Assembly: GCA_012295275.1 (NCBI GenBank)
Contig: CM022670.1
Span: forward strand, 29,636,001-29,700,000
From: Chrysomallon squamiferum
Taxonomy: Eukaryota; Animalia; Mollusca
Reading direction: 5' to 3'
Length of the DNA stretch: 64,000 nucleotides
Under the pieces are notes generated by a model that did no database searches, had not been told where the DNA came from, and saw nothing but the letters and a program-made list of their open reading frames with translations. The number at the start of each line of letters is the position of its first letter. The stretch's first letter is position 1. Position numbers and translations under genes: made by a program. Shown piece by piece: positions 1 to 23,823 of this stretch.

Positions 1-1386
1 AGAACCCCCGCCAAAAAAACAACAACAAACAAATAAATCCCACAAACGTAACACCCCCTCTAAAAAAAACAAAAAAAACAACAACTCCAAAACAAAAAAT
101 AAAAACAAGAACAAAACTAACTAACTAAATAAATAAAAAACAGTTGAAAATCATGAGATATACTGATGCCAAATTATATTATTCTATTATGTTGATGAGT
201 ATTTACTCAAGTTATTATCTATTTGGTTGTGTAAGGAAGATGGCATTGAGCAAATAAATTTTGACGTAACAGTCCACATGTGATACTCAATTAGTGATTG
301 CTGTATCTTTGAATTTTGTAATTTAAATTTTTTATTTATTTATTTATTGTTTTGCTTTGTTGAAATAATAATTTAAAAAAAGAAAGAAAAAAGACAAAGA
401 TTTTTTTTATTAATTCCAACGTATTTTTGTTCAGAACTGAGATAGCTGATTTCTATGTGTAGGAACCGGATTAGGAATTAGTACGTTGCAAAGTAAACAA
501 TTTTTCGTCTTAAACCAACAGAAATGGACATCTCCAGATAGTTAATTTAACACGGAAACTTGCTCTTGCATTTCAGTGACGGCATGAAATTACAAGAAAT
601 ATTTAAAATCATATGTAATTCATCGAGTTGGAAATAATTTATTCTGAATTAGAATTTTTAAACTTTATTTTAATTATTATTATTATTTTTTTAATTTTAA
701 TAAATTTACTCGAAATTAATGACTAAACATTTTTTATACCACAGAATGTGTTATAATAGTTAATATGATTTTAAATTATTTACTTCATCCTGGGTTCATG
801 TACACGGTCTAGTGAATATTACAAATTAGATAGAGTGATTAAAAACGTATTCAAGTCTTTTAGATAAATTGTGAAAACTTTAGCGGTGTAATTAGATTTA
901 ATCACTAAAGTCAGGTATAATTTATTCATCACTGTAAATTTTAAAGGAACATAAAATTAACGAACATATTTAATTAATTCATAGACGCCCATACAATGTT
1001 TCTTCACTTTACGCTGTATAATCCTAACAATTTCTTTGAAAATTTCTTCTTTTGTTTCCATCAAGGATCGTTCTCAGTTTATAGTTCCCAGTCAGCAGTA
1101 CAACAGCCAAACAACTTTTAAGTGACAGACTGATGACTTGTAGCGGTCTTCTTATTTGCAGAAATTGTTGTTCCACAACTCTTCGTGCTAGAATGGGTTT
1201 TATTTGTAAATGCCACCACTGGCAAGAAAGAGAAAAATATTGCGGCATATCGATATTGGGATGTACGAACGTTAGAGTTTCATGAGTTATTTTTGTTGAC
1301 AGATAACGACGAAGCAGAAGTGAACTAGAGGGGTGTTTCTAATTTATTATTATTTATGTAAAACGTCTGCGGTATAACTATAATCA

Positions 1387-12059
<10,673 letters not shown>

Positions 12060-14356
12060 CTTGAGTAAGTGATATTAGACTCTATCTGATATTTACCATT
12101 TGTGTTAGTCCACTTTACCTTTTGTACTGTGCACAAATGGATGATCTATTTTTCGAACATATTCGAAAATAATTATTTTGTTTTATTTATTTTATTTTTT
12201 ATTTATTTTATTTTATTTTATTTTATTTTAATTATTTTATTTATTTTATTTTACTTTATTTTATTTTATTTTAAATTTATATTTTTACAGTTATTATTTA
12301 ACATTTTAGTTTAATTATATTTACGTATATTTATTTTAATTAGTATGTTTTCTTACACTTATAAACACTACAGACTAAGATCTATCCATGGTAATTCTGT
12401 ATCAAAGATATTGGCCTGTGTTGTTAAGATATGTCAACAAATGCACAAAGTGTTTGTTACTTAAGAAAAGCTTTATTAAAATGTCTATTTATAACTGTAA
12501 TACTCGTACATTTTTATTATGTGTGACTCATAAATATTTCAAGTAAACATTTGTAAAGCTGGACAATTTATTTATAATATTTTTAACAATAAAATGTTCA
12601 CATTTTATTTTATAGTTACTTTATAGTCGTTATTGTTGTTTCAATGTCGTCATCATAATCACCGTAATATTCTTTATTATTATTACCACTGTCATCATCA
12701 TGACGGAAAATTAAAATCTGTGGAAAATAATCACGAAGCATAATTCATAAATAAGACATATTCCAAAATATGAAACACATGGAGAACTTAATTTAGAATC
12801 TTTGGTGTCACAATGCTTCAGTTATATCGTCATCATAATCGCCGCTGTCGTCGTCGGCGTCATCATACATTGTTGTTGTTATTTAGTTCTTGTTGATTGT
12901 TTATTGACTGAAGTGTTTCATATGCATGTAAAAAACGAAGTAAATGCTTTTCATTTAAGTCAGAAAACAAACAAACAAACCAAGAAAAATAAATAAATAA
13001 ATAAATAAATAAATAAATGATATCCCATTATTATTATTATTATTTTAAAAAAGACAACCCCAGAATACTTTAAAGATGGTTTTATTCATCACAGATAGCT
13101 AACAAGACAAATCACCCAAATATAAATAATTATTCATTTCAAACCATGACTGAACTGAATCAACTGATTAAAAAACAACAACAACAACGACAAAAAAAAT
13201 CCCCCCGCCCGAAAAAAAGGAAAAAGAAAAAAAGAACAAGAACAAGAAAGAACAAAAACAAACATAACAAACATACATTTTCAGAAAGAAAAAGATCGGA
13301 AAACCGATCAGCCCATAAGAGTTATGTACTTTGTCGAATGTAATAAAGTGGAAGGCACTGGCGTTACATTATTAATAACAGTTGGCAATTCAAAAGTCCT
13401 CCGTAGTAAAAAATTCAAAATAAATGTCTAATTAGAATAGTTTCATTAATATGGTGTTAAGAAAGAAAAACACATAATTATTGCATTTGACATATTTCAA
13501 GTAAGTGTTTTATTAATAACTAAAATAAATCTTTTCTAACAATAAAGTTTTACAGCCTCTGTACATTTCATTTGACTTATTAATTTTATGTAGGCAATGC
13601 ACATAATTATGTAACGGCCATCATTTATTATTATAAAATATTGTGTTCAAAACATACAAAATAATCATTTGGAAGTATTTCATAAAGTATTTCCACTATT
13701 ACGAAATGGTACACATTAAATACAGTTTTGTTTCATGCATAGACATGATTTTTGCTTAATCCCATCAAAATCTTTATATATCTTTTCTTCGTTTTCTCGT
13801 AATTTAGATACTGCGGATATATCAACAACGAATTAAAAATGTGGTAGATGAAGTGATGTAAGCGGTCTGGTTTCAGAAAGATAGTTAAATGGTTTACTAG
13901 CATTCTGAAAATTTTCCCTGTATACCATTTTACACTTGCCGATTAGACTATTATCCATATTTCAAGGAATAAAAGAGAATGGTTCTGTAGAAGAACATTT
14001 TCAGTGTATAAATGATTAATTACTAGGTGCCATAATTCTTATTACATTTTCGTTTTTGTTTTACTTTTAATTTCAAGGAAGCATTTAAGGAAAAAGAAGT
14101 CACTTTTTGGTACTAATAAAATTTTCATAGTTATCAAATTTAAAAAACTATATTTGAAAACAAGTGTAAAAAAGAATTCAACAAAGGAACCAGACTTTTA
14201 AAGAATTCTTTCACGAGGTACTGTAATAATTATAACATTCCATCTTGGAATTATATAAGTACTGGCATTTCAACAACTGGAATGTGTTTCTTTTTTAAAC
14301 ACTGTAAAACGTAAGGTGAGGCTCATTTTTGAATTTGGTTTTTCTATAATGTATAT

Positions 14357-14542
14357 TTATATGCCGTCCCAAAACATATAAACTGCCCAGTATACAATGT
14401 TAAAGCCTATGAAGATTCCAGGGAAGACATATCTAGATATTTTGTCACATCGTCTTGCTTTCTGGCGCATAATGGCTGTTCTTGAAAAACCTGGTCTTCG
14501 ACTTCCAAGAGGTCGATGATGTTTCTCTCCTCCGACATGATT
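14357..14542 (-). CDS. Channel A terminal exon (M4)
   Basis: NHVGGEK...[33 protein letters not shown]-stop; tttcag acceptor, phase 0. Confidence 0.93.
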   Translation of the reverse strand, partial: NHVGGEKHHRPLGSRRPGFSRTAIMRQKARRCDKISRYVFPGIFIGFNIVYWAVYMFWDGI

Positions 14543-16126
14543 CTGAAATTAAATAATTAAAATAAATAAATAAATGGCACTTCCGATTTAGATATTTTGC
14601 ATATTTTAAGAATAGTTTTTAATCTCTATATTATGGCCTAATCGTTTCAGAACCCTCTCACTCCAGCCCGTAACCAATAAACAGGATTATAAAAAGGAGT
14701 TATATGCTTCCTTCACTGTTCGAAGTGCTTATAACAGGAAAGAAGAATATTTTAAAATTATTTAATGATGCGCTCAATACATTTATGATTTTATAGTATC
14801 GGACATATGGTTAAGAACAATTCAGAATATGGGACAAGAAACCTAATGCCGTCACTTTGGACTGCTCATTCCAATTAATAACAAGGATCATTTTATATTA
14901 TATCCTATTTCTTTCTTTAGTTTTTTATATTTTTTATTTTTTATTTTTTTTTATTTTGTACTTTTATTATTATTATTATTATTATTTCGACCAGTTATGG
15001 AGCTCTGGCTGAAAGAGAAATAATTCAATTGGTTCACGACCCAACAACATACATCTACTCCCGTTTGAAAAAGCGTCTTTGGTCAAATACACAATAAACC
15101 AAAATGAATGGCAACAACAGATTTCCTTCCTCTTATTACTACTACACAAAAAATGTACGTCTAATAATTGTTAATATTAAAATGAACTAAACTTTCGTTA
15201 AACCTTCCATAACTTTTCAGCATCAGTATAGTCCGGTTGAATTAATTCCAAAATTACCTTTGTAACATATATCTGTGATTTAGCCAGAAAAAAAATATTA
15301 ACGCATCAACTTTGTCAAATTTGCTTTGGTCTTTAATAATTAAATACCTAATGCTTGAATACGTACAAGTTAGCTCCCTTGAATAGTAACGCGTGCTAAA
15401 AATAATAATATGAAGAAAATGTGTACCTTATTTTTAGGTCCAAGTAAACATATATTCATTTTTAAATAGTAATGTGATAACTTTAATAAAATAATATTAC
15501 GCTAAATGTTTTTAAATATCCATTGATTAACAATAATATTCTGGACAGGAATCCAGTATTAGTCATTAAGTTGAGAACTTACAAATAAAATTGTCATAAA
15601 TGTTTCTAAATAACTTTATTTTCTGATATAAAATACATAAGAAGAGTCATACATACTGTTTGATGATACAATTATTTTTTTTATTTAACTGATTACAGTC
15701 ATTAAAATCTAAAAGTTATTAGGACTATGAACAGTTCAGAATGTATACAAAAACTATCTGAATCGCAGATCTTCGCCAAATTAATTTAAATTCCAATACG
15801 TAAAACTGTATATGACTTTATCAGCCACTTGTAAAATTTACGATAACGTACACTTGCTGTTATACCTTACGTTTAGGAAAAATTATTTGTAGTAATAAAT
15901 GAATTTACTTGAAGTATGCCAAATGCACGATGGCTTTTTGTTCGAACACCATTTTAAATAAAATATTGACAATGTATGCAATTCTTATTTTCTTGCAGGT
16001 CGGTTCATTCTACATTCAGCTAAAAATGTTTGCTATTTTTAATACTGTAATTGCTATTCTGTAAAAAAAACCCAAAAACCTATGTTTTATTTATTTGTTT
16101 TTGTTCTTTCTTATTCTTGTTCTTAT

Positions 16127-16193
<67 letters not shown>

Positions 16194-19100
16194 GCTGTAT
16201 CTGAAATATTAATTTTATTTGGAGGATTTTTCCAAAAACTGTTGTTTTTAAGTCTTTGTTAGCTATCTGTGATGAATAAAACCAAATTCAAAGTATATAT
16301 ATATATATGTTAATGCGACTACAAAGAAACAGAACTTACCTCTGTTTTAGATGCTGAGTTTTCTTCCTCTATTGGATCTGGAGTCGTGTTTTCATTGATA
16401 GTTTGTCGACGACGTTCTACCCTAGACATGACGTTCACATATGCAAATTCTAGTAGGGCAGCAAATACGAAAAAAAGGCACATTGCCATCCATACGTCGA
16501 TAGCTGTGACATAAGACACACGTGGGAGATTTACACGTGAGCTGGAACTCTGGGTAGTCATGGTGAGGACTGTTAAGAGACCCAGTGAAATTCGAGCAGG
16601 CACGGCGTCGATATCTAACCAGAAAGAAACCCAAGAGAGGATCACTATGAGGACGCTAGGAACATAAACCTGGGCGACGAAATATCCATAGCTGCGTGAA
16701 AGATGGAACGTCACACCAATACATGCAAAGTTGCCTTGAATTTAAAAGATATTAATTAGAAAATATTTATATTTAAAAAAAAAAAAAAATCATTACATAC
16801 TAAAAATAACATACCAGATTATAATGACATTTTGTGACGTTATTATTATTATTATTATTATTGGTAGTAGCTGTAGAATAAGTAGGAGTAGTAGTTGGTG
16901 GTGGCCTTGGTGGCATTGGTGGTGATAATAGTAAAATTGGTTGTAGTCATATTATTATTATTATGGCAGTTTATTTTGTTGTTGTTGTTGTTGTTGTTGT
17001 TATAGTAGTAGAGTAGTAGTGAGGCATATTCATGTACACGGACGACAGTTATAGACATCGTAGCCATTACTGGTGATAAGAAAAACACAAATCTCTCATC
17101 ATTACATACCAGAAACATAGGACTTGGTACAGTCGCCGGATTCCCAGCTTGTAAGTTTAAACTGTGGAAGAGATAAATCGTCTCGTTTAATAACTGGCTC
17201 AACATCCCATTTAAATTCCACATTCTTCAACGAATAACCATCTGAAATAAGAAGAAAATATCCCATTATAAACTATTCTCGCTTTCCAGTAATATTACTG
17301 AAACCATATAATGGATAATCGGCATTTTTCGTGTGTCTGTATGTGATTATTGATTATTGTTATAAATTAATTGTCTTTTATATTTTTCTTTATTTATTCG
17401 TCTGTTGGAATTTAAAAATTAGATTTTATTTATATATTTATTTTAGTCTTTATTTGTTTCTTTGCTTAAACTAAATTTATTTTATCTTGTTTTATTTTTT
17501 ATTATTTTATTTTACTTGCTTACAACTTTCCAGATGAATAAAACATGTCTGTTCGTCGAATGGATATTTTTGTAACTGCATATCACAGCTAAGCGTCATA
17601 GACACCCTGTAAAAAATAAACAAAATCCATCAGAAATCAATTAACAATGTAGTATGCATATATGTATGTATTATGTCTGTATATATGTATGCATATGTAT
17701 GTATTTATGTAAGTATGTATACGTATGCAGGTATGTATATTTATGTATGTATGTATATGTGAACACGTAATTATGTTTGTTTCAGTCTATGTGCGTATGT
17801 CTGTACGAATGAATACATATTTACTCAAAGGTACCACATTTCATTTAATATAAATAGATTTTATTTGTTTTGGTGATACGAGAGAGAAACGCAAATGAAT
17901 TAGATGCAAACAGGAGAGCACATGTCATGGTCTTCAGTCAGTAGAGCAATACAAAAATTCCTTTCAAGCCTTCTTTTTTTATGTGTGTGTTAAAACATAT
18001 TTTACATAGGTAAAGTAAAAAGGAAACCGTGAACTGATAGCTTAAACTTTGACAATAATATATTTACATTAGCTAATTTATTTTGTTACACATGCACACT
18101 AAAAAGAAAAAAATGGCAGAAAAATATTATTAAAATGCGATTGTTGTAGTGCTGACAAGTGTTAGTTTCATGTTTAATAAATCAGTTTTTTAAAAGTATA
18201 TTTAAAGTACATTTAGAATATTTGTTTACCACACTGATCGTAAGATAAAAACAATCATGTTGAGCCATTGTGAAAATAGTGTTTCCTCGTTAGAAATATT
18301 ATTAGTGTTTGCCAAATAACATTTCTATGAATGAGAACATTCATAACACAGTTGATTGCACGTAACAGAAATCTTACATCCTATCCCAATAACTGTATAT
18401 CTTGTTACGTGACCGATGTGTTCATTCTGCGCATGGTAATCTAATTCACATACCTAATACTCGGTTAGTTATATCAAACTTTTGAACCCTTCACACGACA
18501 CTGTCGTAATAATTAACAACGATATTCGACATCTGCATAATAATATATTCTACATACCTGATACTGTAAAATATAGTTCCATTAGGATAAATGTGCATGA
18601 GTTTATTCGGCACTGTTATATCATGAAAGGAAGCCTTCTTTTCATTGCTGAAGAAAAGATCTGGAACCCAGATATTAGACATTATCCGTGTGTCAAGTTC
18701 CAGTGCTTCGACATTACTCAAATGTTGGTAAGCTAAGCGACGATCCTGCCATTTTTGTCGCAGAAAGATACTAATAGAATAGTCCTGTGAAATGAAACAT
18801 GTGCTGTTACCAATAACTTTATTTACTGAACATAACGCTAAATCAAAATTAAAGATTACTGTTCAATTTATTTCACGATAAAAAGACCAAACTCATCTGA
18901 AGATGAGGACAGTGATGTTATTCATTTCGACAATTATTTAATATTTGTTATGATTTTATAGCAATAGCTAAAACAGTTGAATAAGCCGTTTTAAAATATG
19001 AAGAAAATTTAAAAATTAGTAAAACAAAAAAAGAATGAAGTATAAAACTGGTGTCAGACCCGTTATCCGGCTTCCAGAGAACCGGAATTAGAACTGTTTT

Positions 19101-20325
19101 AATTTGTCTCTTTTAAATATAGATTCGTTCTTAACTGTTCTTTTTTAAAATTGTTGTCTTAAGTATGTGAAGGTAGCCTCCTATTTACGACCGGGTTCTG
19201 ACCGAATGGACGCAATTCTGAATTTATTTAAGCTTCGATATTTGTTTATGAACATTTTATTATCTGGCATTTTCTGTTTCTCCCAGATAGCATAATCATT
19301 TTTATCTTTTATTTCTATATTCCTTTCTTCTTTTCTTTTCTTTCTTTGTTCTTCGGACGGATGTAAGTAGGGGTCTAACTGTAGTAAATCGGGGTTTATA
19401 AAATAGGAAAATCCAGAAATCTGAGGCGCTCCAATTCAGTACAAAAAACAAAATTATGTAACTAAAATACTGTAAGGCTTGAAAGCCTCCAGCCCTCCTT
19501 TCAGGTATAATGATATATCCCAAACTCATTCCACTGTGTCAGTTCTGTTATGGTACCAATTATACTAACGACATTCTGATAATCAAAATCTGCTTCACTA
19601 CTTCGTTACTGTATTAATGAAACGATATTTACTGTTACTGCAGTAATACTGGTTATAAATGTAGCAGATTCATCTTGGTTACGATCATTTTTATAACAGT
19701 CACCGTCGTAAAATAGTGATTATTCCTTGGTCTAAATACAATTAAAATTCAGTCCTTTTCTGCTTACACTGGTTAAATATTATCTTTAATTTATTCATTT
19801 GACAGTATGTAACGACCGAGGAGATCTTAGATAAAAATAACAGATAAGTAAACAAGTAGTCTACCAGTATTTTCTTAAGCCAAATTAAATAATAACAGTT
19901 TACAAAAAACAGTTACCAATGCCGTCTACTGCAAGACCGAAATAGAGTGCAGTTAATAAGTTTATCTAACACTGTTAGTAGACAAACAGTTATGCATAGA
20001 TAATAAAATTGTGTTTCGGGCTATGTTAAACATACCATTGTTGTTTCGCTGATGCTGTCAAAACTGACTATATATATCTGAATGTTGATACGTGTAGGGT
20101 ATTCTGCAAAACAAAGAATATCAGGTGATGTTTAACCTTAAAGTTACTCACGTGTTTATTTGGTTATGGAAACATAATCAGACGTCTGAAAACAGTTGGG
20201 TAGGAAAATATAATAACAAGTTGACTTGATTTAATGCAATGCAGAATAGAATAATATTGATATTTTAGATAGTAAGTGTTACATGCATGCATTTTTTATG
20301 CATAATTAAATGTTTATACCTGTTT

Positions 20326-20383
<58 letters not shown>

Positions 20384-21897
20384 AGTGTTACGTGGGTCTT
20401 TATTTTATCATATAATGGTTTATTTATTTTTATTGTTCACAGCAGTGTTGGAAAAGATGTCGAGAGTCTTTCAAAGTAATAATGTTTTGGATATTAGTAC
20501 CATTTCAAAGTTATAACAGCGGGATTATTGGTAGTGTGTGAAAGTAACTGTGGTAGGGATGAAATTTCAAAGAAATTGAGATCGTTCTTATTTGAAGATA
20601 CTTTTCATGTTAGTTTAATAGTGTTGTTTGTTTCAGCTCCAAAGAGATGAGATAATGATATCGGCTATTAGCTTTCTGGGCTTTGGAATCTTATTGATTG
20701 CTGTAAGGCACAACGGTTGATTTCTCTTTCTAATCTATTCCACTGACAAATCTAAACGATGATGTTCTCGTTTTGACTTACCTTCTTCAAAATCCGGTGG
20801 AATATTTGGGTCGTAGTTCTTTAGCATATTAAGTAATGTCTTTTCCCTGTAAATAAAAATGAAATATAATCTATATTCTGGTCTTTTATAAAATTAAAAT
20901 AAATATCATTATCAATATTGACAACTACTGTTGTAGCAACAGTGGTATACACTGAAGTACTGCAAAAAAAAGAAGAATAATTATAATACAGAATGCAAAT
21001 TAAGTAGCTTACGATTGGTAACTGAAGCTTTTCACAAACTCATCATGATTTGACGATCTTCCTCTATCACCGTTACATGAGTATATTTGTATAATAACAC
21101 AAAGTACAGGAAGAACCACAGTCTGTCCTTGTGCAATCCACTTGAGAATCATTTTAAACATTCAAGTCAGTAAAAATACATCATTCGTATTCTTAAAATG
21201 CTGACATTTAGTTCCCGGAAGATTTTGAAATGGACTGTAAAAAAATGGGTCTATATATACTGTTATTCCAAATCACCGGAAAATTTCAGAGTTGTAGCAG
21301 AATTATAGCAGATTTGCTTTAGCATTTTAATTTCATTCAGTCCAGCTGCGGTCTTATCGGAAATATTATACAATGATCATAATGTACGTTTTCCCGTATA
21401 ACAAAAGGGCGACACAAGTTTCCATCAGAGGTATTAAGTTCTGTCCATTGTGCTCTGCCAGTAGTTATTTTAGCGCTGCTTTCTTCCGCGAGCCAAAGGT
21501 TAAACGAAACACAACTCACTGGTACATAACAACCAGCACTGCAGACCATTATAGCACTGCGTCACATACTTAGTTTCTATAGTAACCAGATGTTTAAGAA
21601 TCACAGGAATATGTAAATGTATTTGTTTCTGCTTGCACTTTTTATACTCTTGCTTACATGTTGTGTATGTGTTTGTTCAGAATGTGATGGTTTGTGTTTA
21701 TAGATGGGTTATTATTTTTATTTATTTATTTTAATATATAATCATACTAATAATTCACAGATATGTTTATGTTAGAATAATTCTGTTGGCTTTCTTTCTG
21801 CATTTATACCTCTGAGTTTTTCTGTGTAGGCGCAAAACGCAAGTGCATCTATGGATAAATAAAATGGTATTTGACTGACCAATTCTGTTTCCTTTTA

Positions 21898-21946
<49 letters not shown>

Positions 21947-23823
21947 CAACAACAGCAACAAAAACAACAACAATAATAATGATGATGATGATGATGAAAA
22001 TGGACTAAGTATAATAATAACTGAACTGTATAAGACTATGCAAACAAATCATAGAGAAACTATGTAAATCAGACTGGAGACCACGAACAGTTCTCTGTTA
22101 TTGAAAGTCATGAATAAATGACAAACGAAAAGGAACTTCTAATTTATCAAATCCCACCATACTAAAATTACGAAAACTCTGTCATTGATAAACAGAATAA
22201 TCGCTTAACTTGCTCAGGTCGACAGCACTCGTGTATAATTATCATTGTTCTCATTTAACTTTAATTATCGTAACAGTATTATTATTATTAGCTGTTCCTT
22301 TGTATATATACAAGACATGTCTTGCAGAATTCAATACATCTCACCATATAAACCAGATACATAATATTTTATTCAAATAATTAAGTTTACATGTCATTAT
22401 TGTTGCTGTTGTTGCTGTTGTTGTTACTTTTATTGTTGTGGTCGCCTTTTTTTTGATTTGTTATTGTTATGGTTGTTGTTGTTGTCGTTATTCACTGACT
22501 AGTTATGTGAAACCCTATCAAGATGACAACGCTCAATTTAGAATGAAAATAAAGTATTTTAATTTTACTTTCTGCAATGGGTAACAGTGAGTAGTGACAC
22601 AGAGGATTACTGCTCACGAAATATAACCGCATTCCATATAATTGGGAATTGACCGAGACCAACCGTAAACCCAATATATCAGTCAGGAGTAAGAACGAAA
22701 TACTGTTTGTGCAAATAGTTGTGGTTTATTGCTCAAAGATGCTGTGAACATTAGAAACATTCTCTCTCGACAATTCCTGTAAATTCCTATAAACGGAATA
22801 AACATTTTGCATTAAGGCTTATGAATGGGGATGATTATTTTGCTTAAATGTTTATGAACAAAGAAATACTTTTGCTTAAAAGATTTATGAAATAAATAAA
22901 TATGAATGGGGATGAATATTTTGCAAAAGCTTATAAAAAGCAATAAGTTTAAGGTTAATATAAACACGTTTTAAAAAATATATACCTAGCGGTATGATTC
23001 GCTATCTTTGAAAATATCTTGTCAGTAAATAAATCGTGGTTCTACGACAGAAATGTTTAAAGAAGCTAAACAAATTCTTCTGGATAGAACCTAGACGAAC
23101 TATTTTCTAAGATTATGTTGTTAACCGAAAGGAGCATCTGTTTCCTGAAAAAACTGATTTCGTTAAAAGGAGTTGTAATAATAATTCCAGCTAGAGCTAA
23201 AAATATACAGTAAGACGGAATTAATAATAAAAAAAAAATATCGTGTTATTAATACACCTGTGAGATTATGAGTTAAAGGGTGTACATGTATTGAAACGAA
23301 CAAATGATCTAATAAAATTATTTAATCTTTTACCTTATTTTAGTGCTTTGGGCGACTAATCCTTGCTTATAAAAAGAAGTATCAAATTAAAATTATAGTT
23401 ACAGCAGATCTATTTTACCACTTTAAAACTTAAGGAGCGATATCATGACTGTATTTAATGCTTTGGGATCCAGTACTGAATAAACTATTTCGTTTTCATC
23501 TAATTTCAGATGAAAGTTTTCTTTGCTGTGTGAAATAACATAGAAATCTTTTGCCGCAAATTGCTGAAACAGAAATCAACGTTGGTGAAACCATCCTATT
23601 TGCTCTCTCGAATCATTACAAAGATAATTAATGGCCAGTGAAATAAAAACATGCAGAGTATTAGTTTAAAATCTGTACAGTATGGCCTAACATACCTTAG
23701 GATAGAAACCGTAGTGTTGTTTGACGCCGTTGTAGTGTCACTTCGTATATGCACGGTGAAAAAAGTGAACATCCATAGAGAGAGATGCACAACAAATACA
23801 CTCCAGTTCGCTATCTCTGTCAT
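14357..23823 (-). CDS. Cys-loop ligand-gated chloride channel subunit A (glycine receptor alpha-like, ~427 aa). Exons 23823-23696 (alt 21161-21013), 20846-20782, 20103-20036, 18784-18558, 17606-17524, 17241-17110, 16734-16340, 14542-14357
   Basis: Joined frame 1284 nt with consistent phases. Motifs: YDPNIPP, loop D FLRQKW, loop [12 protein letters not shown], Cys-loop [15 protein letters not shown], loop B LESYGY, loop [14 protein letters not shown]2 [17 protein letters not shown] (anion PAR motif), M4 [20 protein letters not shown]. Confidence 0.95.
14737..15063 (-). mobile_element. Decayed tRNA-derived SINE (Meta/MESC-type core) in last intron of channel A
   Basis: Segments atttaatgatgcgctcaatacattt, gacatatggttaag, aacaaggatcattttatat and ccagttatggagctctggctgaaagagaaata match, in order, a gastropod SINE consensus as I recall it; not database-checked. 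Related fragments at ~17908-17950, 30011-30092 and 45981-46030. Confidence 0.55.
16129..16192. repeat. poly(T) tract
   Basis: About 64 consecutive T. Confidence 0.95.
16340..16734 (-). CDS. Channel A exon (M1-M3)
   Basis: [18 protein letters not shown]...PAR...AIDVWMAMC...KTE|gtaagt. Confidence 0.96.
17110..17241 (-). CDS. Channel A exon (loops B, F, C)
   Basis: [43 protein letters not shown]; 132 nt. Confidence 0.93.
17524..17606 (-). CDS. Channel A Cys-loop exon
   Basis: [27 protein letters not shown]; 83 nt. Confidence 0.95.
18558..18784 (-). CDS. Channel A exon (loops D, A, E)
   Basis: [17 protein letters not shown]...[11 protein letters not shown]...YSIR; 227 nt. Confidence 0.95.
20036..20103 (-). 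CDS. Channel A exon (beta1/loop G)
   Basis: [22 protein letters not shown]; 68 nt. Confidence 0.93.
20782..20846 (-). CDS. Channel A exon (N-terminal helix)
   Basis: [21 protein letters not shown]; tttacag / gtaagt. Confidence 0.92.
21013..21161 (-). CDS. Channel A candidate alternative first coding exon 1b (signal peptide)
   Basis: [53 protein letters not shown] directly before the ATG; donor TC|gtaagc in phase 2, matching exon 20846. Confidence 0.65.
23696..23823 (-). CDS. Channel A candidate first coding exon 1a (signal peptide)
   Basis: [43 protein letters not shown]. Donor AG|gtatgt in phase 2; ttctttag acceptor at 23848. Confidence 0.7.
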
